64,000 bases of DNA. Origin: a virus. The notes beneath the pieces were generated by a model. The model did no database searches and was not told the origin of the DNA. It worked only from the letters and a program-made list of their open reading frames with translations. How positions within the stretch are numbered: position 1 is the first letter of the stretch; each line of letters opens with the position of its first letter. The stretch covers positions 53,887-117,886 of IMG/VR virus record IMGVR_UViG_3300002835_000047. The stretch is one strand, 5' to 3'. A program made the position numbers and the translations under genes. Below are positions 1 through 12,300 of this stretch, piece by piece.

Positions 1-2
1 AA

Positions 3-3000
3 GGAGTTAAACCTGCACCAATTGCTGTAACTACTCAAGAAGTTACAGCACCTCTTAAAAGAGAGTTGCAACAGAATCAAGTAAGAATAAAAGAGATTGA
101 AGCTGAGATTGATAATGCTGAATCCGATATGGTTAAAGCAAGTCAATTAATGGAAGATAATGCTGAAAGGCAAAAGTTAATTGCGCGGAACAGAGAAATT
201 CAAAGAAAGCTGCTTGCTAACAAAATTGTAAGTAAAACACTTAGTGAACAAGAAGTTGCTGACATTGATGAGTTTGTAATTTGGGCAAATAATAATTTGC
301 CAAACTTTATTACTGTTGAAGATATTTCTAATCTTAGAGATAACCTGGTTACTAACGGTGTACGTGTTGGGGCTTTTGTTTTATCAATGAATCAAATTGC
401 AGGTGGAATGACCGTAAAAGGTACACTCTACACCGGCGCTAAATCTCCGTATAAATACCATGAAGCATTTCACGGTGTATTTAGATCTTTACTTTCTAAT
501 ACACAACAAGATAAACTATACAAGATTGCTGAGGCAGAATTAAAAGCAAAGCTTGGTAATAAGTTTGAAGAAGAACTATCTAAGTTTAGAAACTCTGCTG
601 ATTCATATAAGGCAATGAGTAGAAAAGCTCTTGAAAAAGAGTTTTATGAAGAATACATGGCGGATGAATTTGATAAGTTTAAAATGGATCCTAGATCTAC
701 AAAAGCTAATCCGGCAATTAAAAACTTCTTTACTAGACTTATTGAATGGATTAAATCTTTGTTTAGTTCTTATTCACCTAATGAGCTTCAAGAATTATTC
801 AAAAATATTGATTCAGGTAAATTTAAATCAGCATCGCCAATCAATAACAGATTTACTGATAGTCTAGCTAATGGTATCACTCTTGCTAATAAAATTATCC
901 CTGTGGAGATGATTGAAAGTGAGACAGGTGCATTTGGATATAGGACTTTAGATAATGACTTTGCAAGAAGTCTGATATCTTCTATTTCTGCAAGAGTTAT
1001 TATGCTTGAGCAAGAAAATAAAAATGCTAACTTTAATCTAAAGGAGGCGGTTAATGATTCTTTCAATAGATTTAGGGCTCTCTATAGTACTAAGCGAGAA
1101 GCCTATAAAACTATGGAACTTACACCTGAACAAAAAAGTAATCTTAGAGATATTGAAAAAGCTTTTTCTGATTTTTCTGATTTTATTAAGGAGGGTGTTT
1201 ATGATCAATTAAAATATTATGATATTAAAACAAGAAACGTTGAAGATGATTTAGAAGATTTAGAAGAACAAGTAGGAGATAGACTTAGAACTACTGATCA
1301 GTATGACAAAGATGTAACTAGTATTGGTGGATTTTCTTCTCTTTCTTCATTCTTGAGAAAATACATTGGAACAACGTCTATTTCGGAAATGGACCAGTTT
1401 GGTAATGAATATTTGATTGATCAAGAAAAAGATATAAATGGAAATGTTATAGAAGGAACCGGTGAAAAGCTTTTAATTACTGTAGATTTTGCTACAGCTT
1501 ATAATGGCTTTTTGAAAGCAGTTAAGAATATAAATGATCCCATTAAGATTTTACAACGTCTTTATTTTTTTGGTATTAATAATCCTCAAACTCAAGCTGT
1601 AGTAAACAAATTATTTCTTGATTTAGGAATTAAATGGGAAGGTCAACTTGAAAATGATCAACTTCCTCAGTATTCTAGTACTATAATTGAAAAATTTAGA
1701 AATGGCCAGGAAGTAACGCCAGAAGAATTAAAAGAAGGTATTAATAGACCTTTACTGTTTCAAGCTGTACTAAAAGGTTTTGAAAATGCACGTGTTGATT
1801 ACTTGTTTATACATAGAAGTCCAGGCGATAAAGTAACCACATATACAGCAGCAAATAGAGATGATGCCAATACCCAAGTTGATAGATGGGGGCAAGCTTA
1901 TATTCAAAAGTTTAAACGTTTAAAAACAAGTAAAGACGCTAGAGATAAAATTGTTAAAGAATTACAAACACTTGGGTCTTACTTGCAGTTTGTTGGAAAA
2001 GATGAGAAAGTAAGCAAAAAGCTTAAAAGCAGGGAAGATGATATACTTTTGAAAGATGCTATTAACTTTTCAAAAGTTATTGAAGAATATTTAGGTATTA
2101 GTTTAAGTCCAAAGTTTATTGAGTTTAGTATTGCAAAAAATCTTGAAGAGTTAACACCTTATCAGAAAGCATTACTAAATGCAAATTCTAATGCAAAAGT
2201 TTTAGAACAAACTGATGTTGTAGAAATTACGAAGGCTATCGCCAGTAATCAAAATTTATTTACTATAGACGAAGGTGTAAAGATTAGACTTAAAGTAATT
2301 GCATTATCTAATGCGGAATTTGATGAAAATGTTGGGGCTTCTGTATTCAAGAATCCAAATGGTGATTTAGTTTATGCTCACCAATTACCATCATTTCATT
2401 TAAAGAAAGTAAACTCACTTAATGATATTACAGATAATGGAGCGAAAATTGAAAAGTTAAAAAATTCTGATGACTATCTCAAAGATAACTTTCTTTTAAA
2501 TAGTGAAGCATTTAAACAGCTTTCAGCTGAAGGTAAATTAAGAGTTCTAAGAATATCCGGATCAAAGATTGGTAATATTGATTTTGATGAAGATGGTTTG
2601 ATGTCAGAAACTTCAGGTAGAACTCCTTCATCTGGTACAACTTATGGTGATTCAACACCAAGAGAATTTATTCTTAATTTGATTAATTCTTATAATTATG
2701 ATGTTGACTCTTCAAAAGGTAAATTAAAAAATAAAATTTCTTGGGCAGCTGAAGATAAAACAATTAACGTTGCAGCTATTGCCCCTGTTCTTTTACGTGT
2801 ACTAGAATCTTCAAACACGGGAGATATGATGGCTTTACCTGTATTTAAAGCTGTAGAAAAAAATTCAAAGGGAGAAACTGTTTTAACGGACCAAGCACTT
2901 GATGCTATATTAAACAATATTGCTGCTGAATTTACAAGAATACAAAAAGAGTCTAATCCGGAAACTGCAACTCAAGAATTATATGTTGGATATAATGCGC

Positions 3001-6000
3001 TTGCAATTGAAAGTACAGAAACAGGAACTGAAGAAATTATTCCTATTAATGTAAATAGCCCAAGTATTAATAAAGCTAGAGCTTTTAACTTTCATAAAAC
3101 AGGTGTTCTTTTAAGTCCATTAGGCCAGAAAAAAGAAAGCCGCCAAGGGATTGTAACAATTCAAACTTCTGATATCAAATTGGAAAGAATTGAAAAAGGA
3201 AAGCAAACATCTCTTATATATGATCAAAAAGCCGCAGAACAATTTATTGGTTTTACATCTACCGGTGTTGTTAGAGATGCTATTGTAAAAACTAAAGATG
3301 GAGACAAGAATATTCAAAAGAAAATTATTGGTAGAGGTTTAATAAGAGTAACGCCTGAAAATAGAGAAAGAATATTTGAAGATTTTAAGGGCTCTATTTC
3401 ACTTATTCAAAATGATCAGTTTAAATATGAAGTACGTATTGGCAATAAAAAGTTTTACGTAGAATCAATCAATGAGCAGAAGTTCTTACAAGGTAAGAAA
3501 CCTATGTATATGTATGATTTGATGGAAGTTGGGGAAGCTGGTTTAATGGATCAAGTCACAGCTCTTATTGGTGGATTTGAAGCTGAAGGTTACTTAGATA
3601 AACTAACTGAAGCAGCGCGTTCTCAGGAGTTTGCAGGATTAACTTTTATGGAAGCTATTCAAAAGCTTGGTATAAAGGAATCAGAGTTGAAAGGATTTTT
3701 GCAAAATAGAATGAACCAAGAATTTGCAGAGTTTAATATTACACTGGACGAACTTGTTGGTGCAGAAGGTGGATTAGGAAACTTCTTGACAAATGGCATT
3801 CAGTCAGGATCTGGTACAATAACCACAGAATCTAGAGAAGCCGGTCGTTTATTAAATATTATTCCTGAAGACAAAGCATATAATCTAAAGCAAATCTTTT
3901 TTAATGACTATATAAATACTACGGCCATTAACCAAATTTTATTAGGTGATAGTGCTTATAGTTTGAAGGACGCGGTTGATGAAATTAAAAGAGCAAAAGC
4001 ACAGTCAGCATCTTACTATAGTGCAGCAAGTACAGTAGCTGCACCTGAATATGGTATTTACAAACCATTACAAGAAATTTCTTTGTTTGAGTTAACGGAA
4101 CCTATTGTCAATTCAACTCATAATATCAGTAAAATTAAAAATGCAGATGCTCAATTGTGGATGACAACTAAAGCTTTCCGTAATTTTCAATACGGTTTTG
4201 GTAAACTTACTCCAGCCCAAGCAGCTTTGTTTGATAAAATTGAAAATGGTGATGATGTTAGTGCTGATGATATTTTTGGTACAGAGGAATCTACCGGATA
4301 TGCTAAGAGGCAAGAAATGCTTAATTCTCAAAAGCTTGTCTATGCGGATGGTAAAACATTCGTTAAGATGTCAGCATTCCCATTATTACCACAGTTTACT
4401 TCAATAAAAGACTCTGAAGGTAACTATACTATTCCTAAACCTAATAAAGTAGCTTTACATAATTTAAGAGTTAAGCTTGAGGCATTTGAAAAAGAAAATG
4501 ATACAGTTTCGGTAGCTGCCCCAAGATCTGCATTAAAAATGATGCAAAAGAATGTGTCTAACATTCACAGTGTTACTGGAACAACAAATCCATTAAGTCA
4601 AGATCAATCTGTTACACTTAATGCTAATTACTTAGGTTTACAGGTTATTAATCCATCTAATAAAACTGTTATAACGGATCCTACCCAGGTTAAAACGTTG
4701 GTTACTTCTGAACAGAATGATTCTACAGAAGTGATAGTCAATGGTAAGAAAATAACACTAGGTGAAGTGAGAGCTGCTTATCATAAAGCAACTAGAGATA
4801 GAGGTAACTTAAACTATATCAACAAAAGAAATTTGATATTCTCTTTTGATCTAGAGTATGCAATAGATGAACTTCATAAGAGTATTAAAGAAAATGCTAT
4901 TACTGCAGATCTTTATACTTACTTGAGATACGCAGAAGCTAGTCTTGCATCTACAGGTTCATCAAGTCATTTGATGGAATTATTTTCACTAGATGAATCC
5001 GGAAATCAAAAGTATAATCTTAATAACCCTCTCACTTATGATAAGTTCTTGAATTTATTCATGAGCTATTTCAGCAAAAGTGTGTTTAATGAGAAGTTAC
5101 CTGGTGCAACAATATCATTGGTTTCTGATTATGGCGTAAGAGTTTACAGAAGAGTTCTTTCTGTAGATGAAAATGGAATGCCTGATAAATATGAGATTAT
5201 TACTGAAGCTCAATATGAGGCTATGGCTAATAAACCTGGTATTGCATTTAATATTGATGAAGGTTCTTATCCAGGTAATGATGAAAATCTTGCAGGTCTT
5301 AATGATGCAGTGAAAAAATCTAAGGGTGCCGGTGTTGTTATTATTGACCGTTTGAGACATAACATGAAAGAGTATGACTCAAACGGAAAAGAAACTGGAC
5401 AAAGGTATGGCGAAATGATATTACCACCTCACCATAAAGAAGTGATGGAACAGTTACAACTTCAAGGTAAATCTATTCCGGATGTTGTAGGTAAAATGTT
5501 TGCTGTACGTATTCCTTCACAAGATAACCATTCAACTTATAACGTTAAGTGGATAGACTTTATGCCTGCTATTTATGGTTCTTCTGGTGTGTTTGCAAGA
5601 GAACTTATTGAGATATCAGGAGCTGACTTTGACATTGATAAACTCTATACGCAATTTAAAGAGTTTTACTTAGAAAACAATAAGTTCAAAGAATATGGAA
5701 AAGCTACAACTGATGATGCTAAATACATTGAGTATATAAATTATGTAAATAAAAAAGTAAAAGATTCAGATTCCATATATAGTGAAGCATTATATAAATA
5801 CAATGGTCGGGGTGTAGGTAAAGCTATAAGTATTACCTATGAAGATTTACTTTCTGCAAAGAGTAGAGGCTTTACTGAAAATTCTATAAATGCTTTATTG
5901 GTATTAGGTATGCCTGTTACCTTAGCGGATTACAAAAAATATAAGGAAAAGTTCAGACATGAACCATATGCCGCAGCAATTAATAATGATATTTTAGATT

Positions 6001-9000
6001 ATAAGTTTGCACTTATGGGTAACGATTATGTTACTGAAAGAAAACCTTTGTTTTTGGATAATAATGGTAAAACTACAACTGTTAACACGGGTAAGCCTGC
6101 GTTAGATGAAAATGGTAAGCAAAAAACTTCTGTAGCAATCTCACATGAAGCAGCTGACATGGAAGTTTTAAAGGATCTTTGGAATGAACTCAAAGAAGAA
6201 CTTCCGGAATGGGCCGCTTTATCTGAAGAAGAAGGTATTGATGTAGATAACTTATATGGCAAGCTTAGAATGTTTGCTAACAACAAAGAAGGTTCTAGAT
6301 CAATTGGTGCGGTTGTATTGCCTAACCTATATTTAAATCTTCTTCAGGAGTATGATGTAAAAATTGAAAGTACCAAACTTAATAGTGAAGAAGTATTACC
6401 TCAAATTGAATTTGGTGGATTTACATTTAGAAACTTTAACAATACGTTTGAGTTAAATGAAGACACTAGTCAAGGTAAAAGAACTCAGTATATAATATCT
6501 GCTTTAATCACTGCAGCAACTGATAACGCTAAAGAAAGACTTTTGGCTAAGCTTGGTTTAAATATCAATGCTTTATCAATTGTAGCAAATCTTACAGCTT
6601 TGGGTGTTCCTATAAAAACTTCAGTTCTTTTGGTTAACCATCCTGTTATTAGGCAAGCTTACTTTATGGAAGCTAATGCACCGGCTGATCAAAAGATATC
6701 TGCAAGATCTATAGTGCAAGAACGAATTAGTGCACTAGAAACAACATTTCTTGAAGAGGAGGAAAAAAAACTGAGAACTTCCGTCACTCAAAACTCTTTA
6801 ATGGAAGCAATTGAGACACCATTAATTAAAGCGAATGCTACTGAGGGTGATATGATTGAACTTAGAGAAAGTAATGAGGTAACAAAGATGCAAGTCATTG
6901 ATGAAATTTCAATATTAGAACAGTTTTTAAATGCTTATAAACTAGCTAATACTACGCGGTATATGGGTGATATCTTAAGTCTTACCAACGGTTTAGGTCA
7001 AGGTCTTGAGGCAATTGATAAGAGAAATGAGGCAATAAAAAAATTAGGTCTTAATTTATCTAAGGAACAATTTTCAGCATTAGGTGTTAATAGACCAATG
7101 ATTGATGCTAGACCTGTGTTCAAAGGTCTTACGTGGCAAGCCGGTTATCTTGAAAGATTCCAGGAGTTTACTAATTTGTTATTACCGAAAGTAGTTCTTT
7201 CAACAACTCCTTTATTTAGAACAGTCACTGAAGAAATAGCATATCAAACTACGGTTAATAGTTTACCTTATGAATTAAAAGATAAAACTAAAACAAAAAT
7301 TGCTAAAGATTTTCTATCTTATTTGACAATTAAAGCTTATATCCAAAATGGCTTAGTTAATAATTCACAGTCTATAGCTACTCTTACAAATGGATTAATT
7401 TATAATCAAGACGGTATTGAAAATATAACTAAAGTATTGGATAGACTTAGATCAACTGAAGAAGGTGCTAACAATTATTTTTTGAACTCTTTTATTATTA
7501 CTGAAAAAGCAAATTTAAAAGGTAATAAAACCGGTTTAAATTTAGCTGGTGCAAATACATTTTTAAGATATAATGATTCTCAAAAGTTAGACATTCAAAA
7601 TGGCTTTATGGCTTTGTATGCTGATCCATTAACAAGATCAGATGCAAAAACAATTGTGCATTATATGATGGTCAAAGATGGTTTGCAATATGGTTATAAA
7701 TCAATTGTTGAAGCTGTAGCTCCAATTGCCATTGATAATTACTTATCCCATATTGATACAGTACAGGCGGCAATAGAAAGACCTAATGATACTATATTTA
7801 AGTCAACATTTGGTATGAGCATAGATGACTTAGTGATTGATTTTATGAAGGGTTATTTAACATCATCAATTAACGCCTATATAATTAAAAAAGTAAGAGC
7901 AAAAGTCTATGATCCGGAAACAAAAATTATTGGTATTGAATCTAATTTTACTAAAGAACTAGCTTCGTCTAATTCTGAAGCTATTTTTGTTTTTGGAGAT
8001 AATTTTGCAAGGCAAGGCACTGTTGGTAATAGTTCTATAAGAGGTTTGGATAATGCTTTTAGCTTATTCTTTAAAAAGGATATGAATAGAATTGATTCTT
8101 CTTACTACACAGATGATGAAGCTGGAGATTTTATTACGATCTTTGATGAGCAAATGGAACAATTAACAAATATGATTGCTGAAGAAAAGAAAGTAATTTT
8201 ACCTAAAGAATTAATTTCATCTTCAGAACTAGCTGACTTTAAAAAGAATAGTCCCGTTGTATTTGATTATGTAAAGTCAAAGCTTTTACAAGAGTTTCAG
8301 TATAACATTGAAACTAAAGAGAAAAAATCTGATGAAGAAAAGAAAGCAGCAAGAGTTTCAAATGTTAATATCTTAAAATCTCCTGTTCATGTGGATTCAT
8401 CCGGTGTAGTATCAAAATTAGTTGTTAATTTATATACCGGAATTTCAAGACTTGAAAAAACAAATGCTGTCACTTCTAAACGTGATGTTCCTTCTAGTTC
8501 AAAATTAACTAAAAAATTTGGAAATCTTTTTATTAAAAACAAAAAAGCATTATATAAAGCTGGTTTTAGGAATTTAATTGATTTCAAAAAAGGTTCTGAA
8601 TTTTACACTGAGGTAGAATTCCCAATAGTTATTAGACAAAATGTTGGATCGGACTATAAAGCTATATATAAATATTATGTACTTGCAAGAACACAAAGTT
8701 TAATTCCATCAGAAAATTTAATTAACTATAATAACAAAGCTGTCGGTAGTTATGCTGAGTATGTTGAAGTAGACATAAAAGGTTCAAACGCTCAGAATCC
8801 AATTGGTTTTATGTTTGGTGATAGACCTAATACAAAAGATCTAAGAGAGTTTGTAAAAGAAGTTAATTCTGATGATGCTAATTTTAATCAGTTTGATGAT
8901 GAAAAGTTTGACTCAGTAATAGACAAAGCTGATTATGGATCCGGTGTGTCACTGCCTGTAAATTCAGAAATAACAGCGAATGAAAAAGGTATTCAAGTTA

Positions 9001-9377
9001 ATGGTCAAAATATTAGTAAAGTAAAAGAATCATCTGAATCTTTTGAATCTGAAAATCTTGCAGAAAGTGATATTGAAATAACGGGTGATGAAAATCTAAC
9101 CGATATAGATAATAATTCAATTAATATTTCGGCTAGCTCATTCTTTGCTAGTTTACTAGAAAATGAATATTCAGAACTTAAGAGTTGGTGGGATCAGAAT
9201 ATAGATGGTGTATCTGATGAAGCTTTGCAAAATAAAAATAAAATTAAAGAACTAACTAAAGATCCTAATATGAAATTTAAAGTAAATGACTATGATGATT
9301 TTTTAGATGAGTTTAAACAAAGTGGTTTTCAAAATGAAAAAGAATTTATAGAACACTTCAAAAATTGTTATCTTTAA
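3..9377 (+). CDS. Giant virion-packaged, single-chain DNA-dependent RNA polymerase (crAss-like) with N-terminal zincin protease-like domain; 5' end lies outside the window
   Basis: The frame is open from base 3 (GVKPAPIAV...), so the TTG at 66 is not the real start. Catalytic DFDID at 5625-5639, preceded by the RIPSQ (RxP) double-psi-barrel motif, as in phi14:2 gp66-type RNAPs. HEAFH at 459-473, followed by EEYMAD. Confidence 0.9.
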   Translation, partial: GVKPAPIAVTTQEVTAPLKRELQQNQVRIKEIEAEIDNAESDMVKASQLMEDNAERQKLIARNREIQRKLLANKIVSKTLSEQEVADIDEFVIWANNNLPNFITVEDISNLRDNLVTNGVRVGAFVLSMNQIAGGMTVKGTLYTGAKSPYKYHEAFHGVFRSLLSNTQQDKLYKIAEAELKAKLGNKFEEELSKFRNSADSYKAMSRKALEKEFYEEYMADEFDKFKMDPRSTKANPAIKNFFTRLIEWIKSLFSSYSPNELQELFKNIDSGKFKSASPINNRFTDSLANGITLANKIIPVEMIESETGAFGYRTLDNDFARSLISSISARVIMLEQENKNANFNLKEAVNDSFNRFRALYSTKREAYKTMELTPEQKSNLRDIEKAFSDFSDFIKEGVYDQLKYYDIKTRNVEDDLEDLEEQVGDRLRTTDQYDKDVTSIGGFSSLSSFLRKYIGTTSISEMDQFGNEYLIDQEKDINGNVIEGTGEKLLITVDFATAYNGFLKAVKNINDPIKILQRLYFFGINNPQTQAVVNKLFLDLGIKWEGQLENDQLPQYSSTIIEKFRNGQEVTPEELKEGINRPLLFQAVLKGFENARVDYLFIHRSPGDKVTTYTAANRDDANTQVDRWGQAYIQKFKRLKTSKDARDKIVKELQTLGSYLQFVGKDEKVSKKLKSREDDILLKDAINFSKVIEEYLGISLSPKFIEFSIAKNLEELTPYQKALLNANSNAKVLEQTDVVEITKAIASNQNLFTIDEGVKIRLKVIALSNAEFDENVGASVFKNPNGDLVYAHQLPSFHLKKVNSLNDITDNGAKIEKLKNSDDYLKDNFLLNSEAFKQLSAEGKLRVLRISGSKIGNIDFDEDGLMSETSGRTPSSGTTYGDSTPREFILNLINSYNYDVDSSKGKLKNKISWAAEDKTINVAAIAPVLLRVLESSNTGDMMALPVFKAVEKNSKGETVLTDQALDAILNNIAAEFTRIQKESNPETATQELYVGYNALAIESTETGTEEIIPINVNSPSINKARAFNFHKTGVLLSPLGQKKESRQGIVTIQTSDIKLERIEKGKQTSLIYDQKAAEQFIGFTSTGVVRDAIVKTKDGDKNIQKKIIGRGLIRVTPENRERIFEDFKGSISLIQNDQFKYEVRIGNKKFYVESINEQKFLQGKKPMYMYDLMEVGEAGLMDQVTALIGGFEAEGYLDKLTEAARSQEFAGLTFMEAIQKLGIKESELKGFLQNRMNQEFAEFNITLDELVGAEGGLGNFLTNGIQSGSGTITTESREAGRLLNIIPEDKAYNLKQIFFNDYINTTAINQILLGDSAYSLKDAVDEIKRAKAQSASYYSAASTVAAPEYGIYKPLQEISLFELTEPIVNSTHNISKIKNADAQLWMTTKAFRNFQYGFGKLTPAQAALFDKIENGDDVSADDIFGTEESTGYAKRQEMLNSQKLVYADGKTFVKMSAFPLLPQFTSIKDSEGNYTIPKPNKVALHNLRVKLEAFEKENDTVSVAAPRSALKMMQKNVSNIHSVTGTTNPLSQDQSVTLNANYLGLQVINPSNKTVITDPTQVKTLVTSEQNDSTEVIVNGKKITLGEVRAAYHKATRDRGNLNYINKRNLIFSFDLEYAIDELHKSIKENAITADLYTYLRYAEASLASTGSSSHLMELFSLDESGNQKYNLNNPLTYDKFLNLFMSYFSKSVFNEKLPGATISLVSDYGVRVYRRVLSVDENGMPDKYEIITEAQYEAMANKPGIAFNIDEGSYPGNDENLAGLNDAVKKSKGAGVVIIDRLRHNMKEYDSNGKETGQRYGEMILPPHHKEVMEQLQLQGKSIPDVVGKMFAVRIPSQDNHSTYNVKWIDFMPAIYGSSGVFARELIEISGADFDIDKLYTQFKEFYLENNKFKEYGKATTDDAKYIEYINYVNKKVKDSDSIYSEALYKYNGRGVGKAISITYEDLLSAKSRGFTENSINALLVLGMPVTLADYKKYKEKFRHEPYAAAINNDILDYKFALMGNDYVTERKPLFLDNNGKTTTVNTGKPALDENGKQKTSVAISHEAADMEVLKDLWNELKEELPEWAALSEEEGIDVDNLYGKLRMFANNKEGSRSIGAVVLPNLYLNLLQEYDVKIESTKLNSEEVLPQIEFGGFTFRNFNNTFELNEDTSQGKRTQYIISALITAATDNAKERLLAKLGLNINALSIVANLTALGVPIKTSVLLVNHPVIRQAYFMEANAPADQKISARSIVQERISALETTFLEEEEKKLRTSVTQNSLMEAIETPLIKANATEGDMIELRESNEVTKMQVIDEISILEQFLNAYKLANTTRYMGDILSLTNGLGQGLEAIDKRNEAIKKLGLNLSKEQFSALGVNRPMIDARPVFKGLTWQAGYLERFQEFTNLLLPKVVLSTTPLFRTVTEEIAYQTTVNSLPYELKDKTKTKIAKDFLSYLTIKAYIQNGLVNNSQSIATLTNGLIYNQDGIENITKVLDRLRSTEEGANNYFLNSFIITEKANLKGNKTGLNLAGANTFLRYNDSQKLDIQNGFMALYADPLTRSDAKTIVHYMMVKDGLQYGYKSIVEAVAPIAIDNYLSHIDTVQAAIERPNDTIFKSTFGMSIDDLVIDFMKGYLTSSINAYIIKKVRAKVYDPETKIIGIESNFTKELASSNSEAIFVFGDNFARQGTVGNSSIRGLDNAFSLFFKKDMNRIDSSYYTDDEAGDFITIFDEQMEQLTNMIAEEKKVILPKELISSSELADFKKNSPVVFDYVKSKLLQEFQYNIETKEKKSDEEKKAARVSNVNILKSPVHVDSSGVVSKLVVNLYTGISRLEKTNAVTSKRDVPSSSKLTKKFGNLFIKNKKALYKAGFRNLIDFKKGSEFYTEVEFPIVIRQNVGSDYKAIYKYYVLARTQSLIPSENLINYNNKAVGSYAEYVEVDIKGSNAQNPIGFMFGDRPNTKDLREFVKEVNSDDANFNQFDDEKFDSVIDKADYGSGVSLPVNSEITANEKGIQVNGQNISKVKESSESFESENLAESDIEITGDENLTDIDNNSINISASSFFASLLENEYSELKSWWDQNIDGVSDEALQNKNKIKELTKDPNMKFKVNDYDDFLDEFKQSGFQNEKEFIEHFKNCYL

Positions 9378-9380
9378 TAT

Positions 9381-12300
9381 ATGGCATGTTTTAATAGAAA
9401 TACACAGGAATATAAAGATCTATTAGGTAATTTTAATAGTAATCTTAAAGTTGACGGTATCATTACCGGTTGGCAGCTAGCAAATAACAGTGATAAATTT
9501 CCCACTGTAGCAGAAGCCAATCTGTTTTTGAAAAATAAAAAAATTGCTTTTAATCTTAAAAAAAGAGATTTTTCAGATGTCTTATTGTCAAATCTAGTTA
9601 ATAAGCGCCTTGTAAGTAAATACAAAGATGCATATTGGGTTGTTAATTCAAATAGAGCTTCACGCGTTTATGATGAATCTGTATTGCAAAGCAACTTTAG
9701 TAAAATTAAAAGATATCTTCAAATTAATAATATTCCGGTAGAGGCTTTACAATTTACTAGAACTAGGCAATCTATTAAGATTGCAGTTGATGATTCTATA
9801 TTTAGCCCTAAAGATTTATTAGAATCTTCCAGGTCCTGGGATACTAATAAAAGTAAACATGTTATTGTTCATTTAATGAGGTTGTTTCCAAATCTTAGGA
9901 TTGAAATGACTACTGTAGCTAAAGCAAAAGCATATTACGATTCATTACCTGCATGGCAAAAGGCAAATGTTAAATTTGAAAAAGTAAATTCTTATTTTGA
10001 TCCGGTTGCTAGCAAGGTTTTTTTGGTTGAAGGTAGAGTTACAGATGAAACAGCTATTGAAGAAATACTTCATCCTTTTACAGATGCCTTGTATATAGAG
10101 AATAGAGGTTTGTTTAACTCTTTGCTAGAAGAGGCCAAGCTAAATTTCCCAGTATTAAAGCAGCAAATTGAAAATTCTTATAGTGATAAACTTGGATTTA
10201 CTAAAGAAGACAGGGAATTTGAACTTGTCACACAAGCTCTGAGTAGATATTTTAAAAAAGAATTTGAGGAAAATCCCACAAAGACTTTTAAAGAAAGAAT
10301 AAAAGAGTTTTTGGATTGGTTTGCCGGTATTATAAATAATCTGCACAAGTATATTACGGGTGTAGATATTAACATCCAAGATATCAAACCTACAGCTACT
10401 CTATCTGATATTGCTAAGTTGTTAAATACTAGTGATATCAAATTTGATATGAAAGCCAGTGCTAATAATAAAATTAGATTTTCACTTACACCTGAGCTTC
10501 AATCTGTAGTTGATTTTGCATTAAGTCAATCTAATGAGGCACAATCTATAATTATTAAAAAGCTGTTTCATCAAGCGCAAGAACTTAAAGATGAAGTAGG
10601 ATCATTATCCGCCGGTGAAGATGGTCCAATTGTTGTTCTTAATGAAGAGAATCACATCTACTATAATCTATTAGATACAACTGAAGTTTTTAAATCTACA
10701 ACTGAAAGAATTAAAGGAACTTTTTCTGAGGAAGATTTATTTAATAAAAAGTTAAATCTTGATTTAGGAAATGATTTTGATAAACTGTTACAGGCTATAG
10801 CGTCGGATAAATCTTTTGATGATGTGTTTTCCAGTATGAAAGTTTTATCTAAAGAGCAAGCTGGAAAAGCTTATATACAATTAAGAGAAAATCTTAATGA
10901 ATTAACTCGGGGTGGAGGTGTTGCAATTCCGCAAGTTGTTGTTTATGATAGAGTTTCTAGAACTGCAGGTACAATTGATATTTTAATTGTTTTACCAAAC
11001 GGTAAGTTAAAAATTGTAGACCTTAAGACAAGTAAAAACTCTATACGTGAAATGGCGGCGGGTGAGAAAAACCTTAAATATGATACTGCGTATAATCTAG
11101 CTATAGATAGTGACCTTAGAAAATTAGGTGTTGAAAAACTTTCAACAAGATCTCAGCAAGGTCTGCAAGTAAATATTTATAGGAGGATGTTAGAAAATAT
11201 GGGGTATGACGTAGATGAAAGTGATACCGGTGCTTCTACATTTCATATACAAGTTGGTGTTTCAGGAAAGGATGCAGAGCAAAAATTTACAGGTGAGTTT
11301 AGATCTGATGAATGGGTATTGCATCCTTTAAGTCAAAATAGTTTATATGTGGATTTATTGATCCCTAAGAATAAAGATCTTTTTAACGAGGAGCAAATAG
11401 ATAGTGCTTTAGATAAAGCGCTTAGTTCAACTGTTAATTGGAATGAAGCTTTAACTGAAGATGAAAAGGCTCCGGAAAATAATGAAGACTACACTGAGTT
11501 TGAAGTTATCACGCAGGCTTTAGAGTCTTACAAGATTGGTTTAACTAAAAAACTACAAGCCGTAGACTCAATTAAAAGTTCTATCTTCATGGATAGAAGT
11601 AAAGAAGAGACACGGGAAGATATAGCAAATGGATTAAGTTTGATAAATTTAGCTCTATCTGAATCTACAGAGGGTCGTTCTGCAATATTTACAGACTTAG
11701 TTAGAGATGCCATTAGGCAAATGGATAAGTTTATTGATTACATGCAGAATCCAAATAACTTTAATAAACCTGAGTACATTACATATGCACTAAACACAAG
11801 TCGTTTTATTAAAACTTTTGAAGGTTTACACTCAGTCAAAGATTTGAAAGGATTTAATAATACCCAAACGCGTTTGGTTTTAGAATTAATTGCAAGATTA
11901 AACCGTGTGGGCGCTAACAATAATCCTAATGATGAAAATATTATTGACACTGCTATTACAAATTATGTAAAAGAACAAATAAAAACTTGGTCAAGTAGAG
12001 ATAATCTTACTGAGGATATTCTAGATGATTTAATAAAAGGCACAGCTAAAGAAGTAAGAGATATTGGTACTCTTGAGCTTAATGCAATGGATATGGCTAC
12101 GTCTAGAGATATAATTCTTGCTATAATGGATAAAATATATAAGGTTAAAAAGCAAGAAGTTTTAGAAAAGGCGGAAGAAAGAAACAGATTAATCTCCGAA
12201 CTTTCATCAAGACTTTTAAAGTTGTCACCCGGGAAAAATGTTCAAGACATTTATGACTTCATGCTTGAATTTGATGAAAATGGTGAGTTTACCGGTGACT

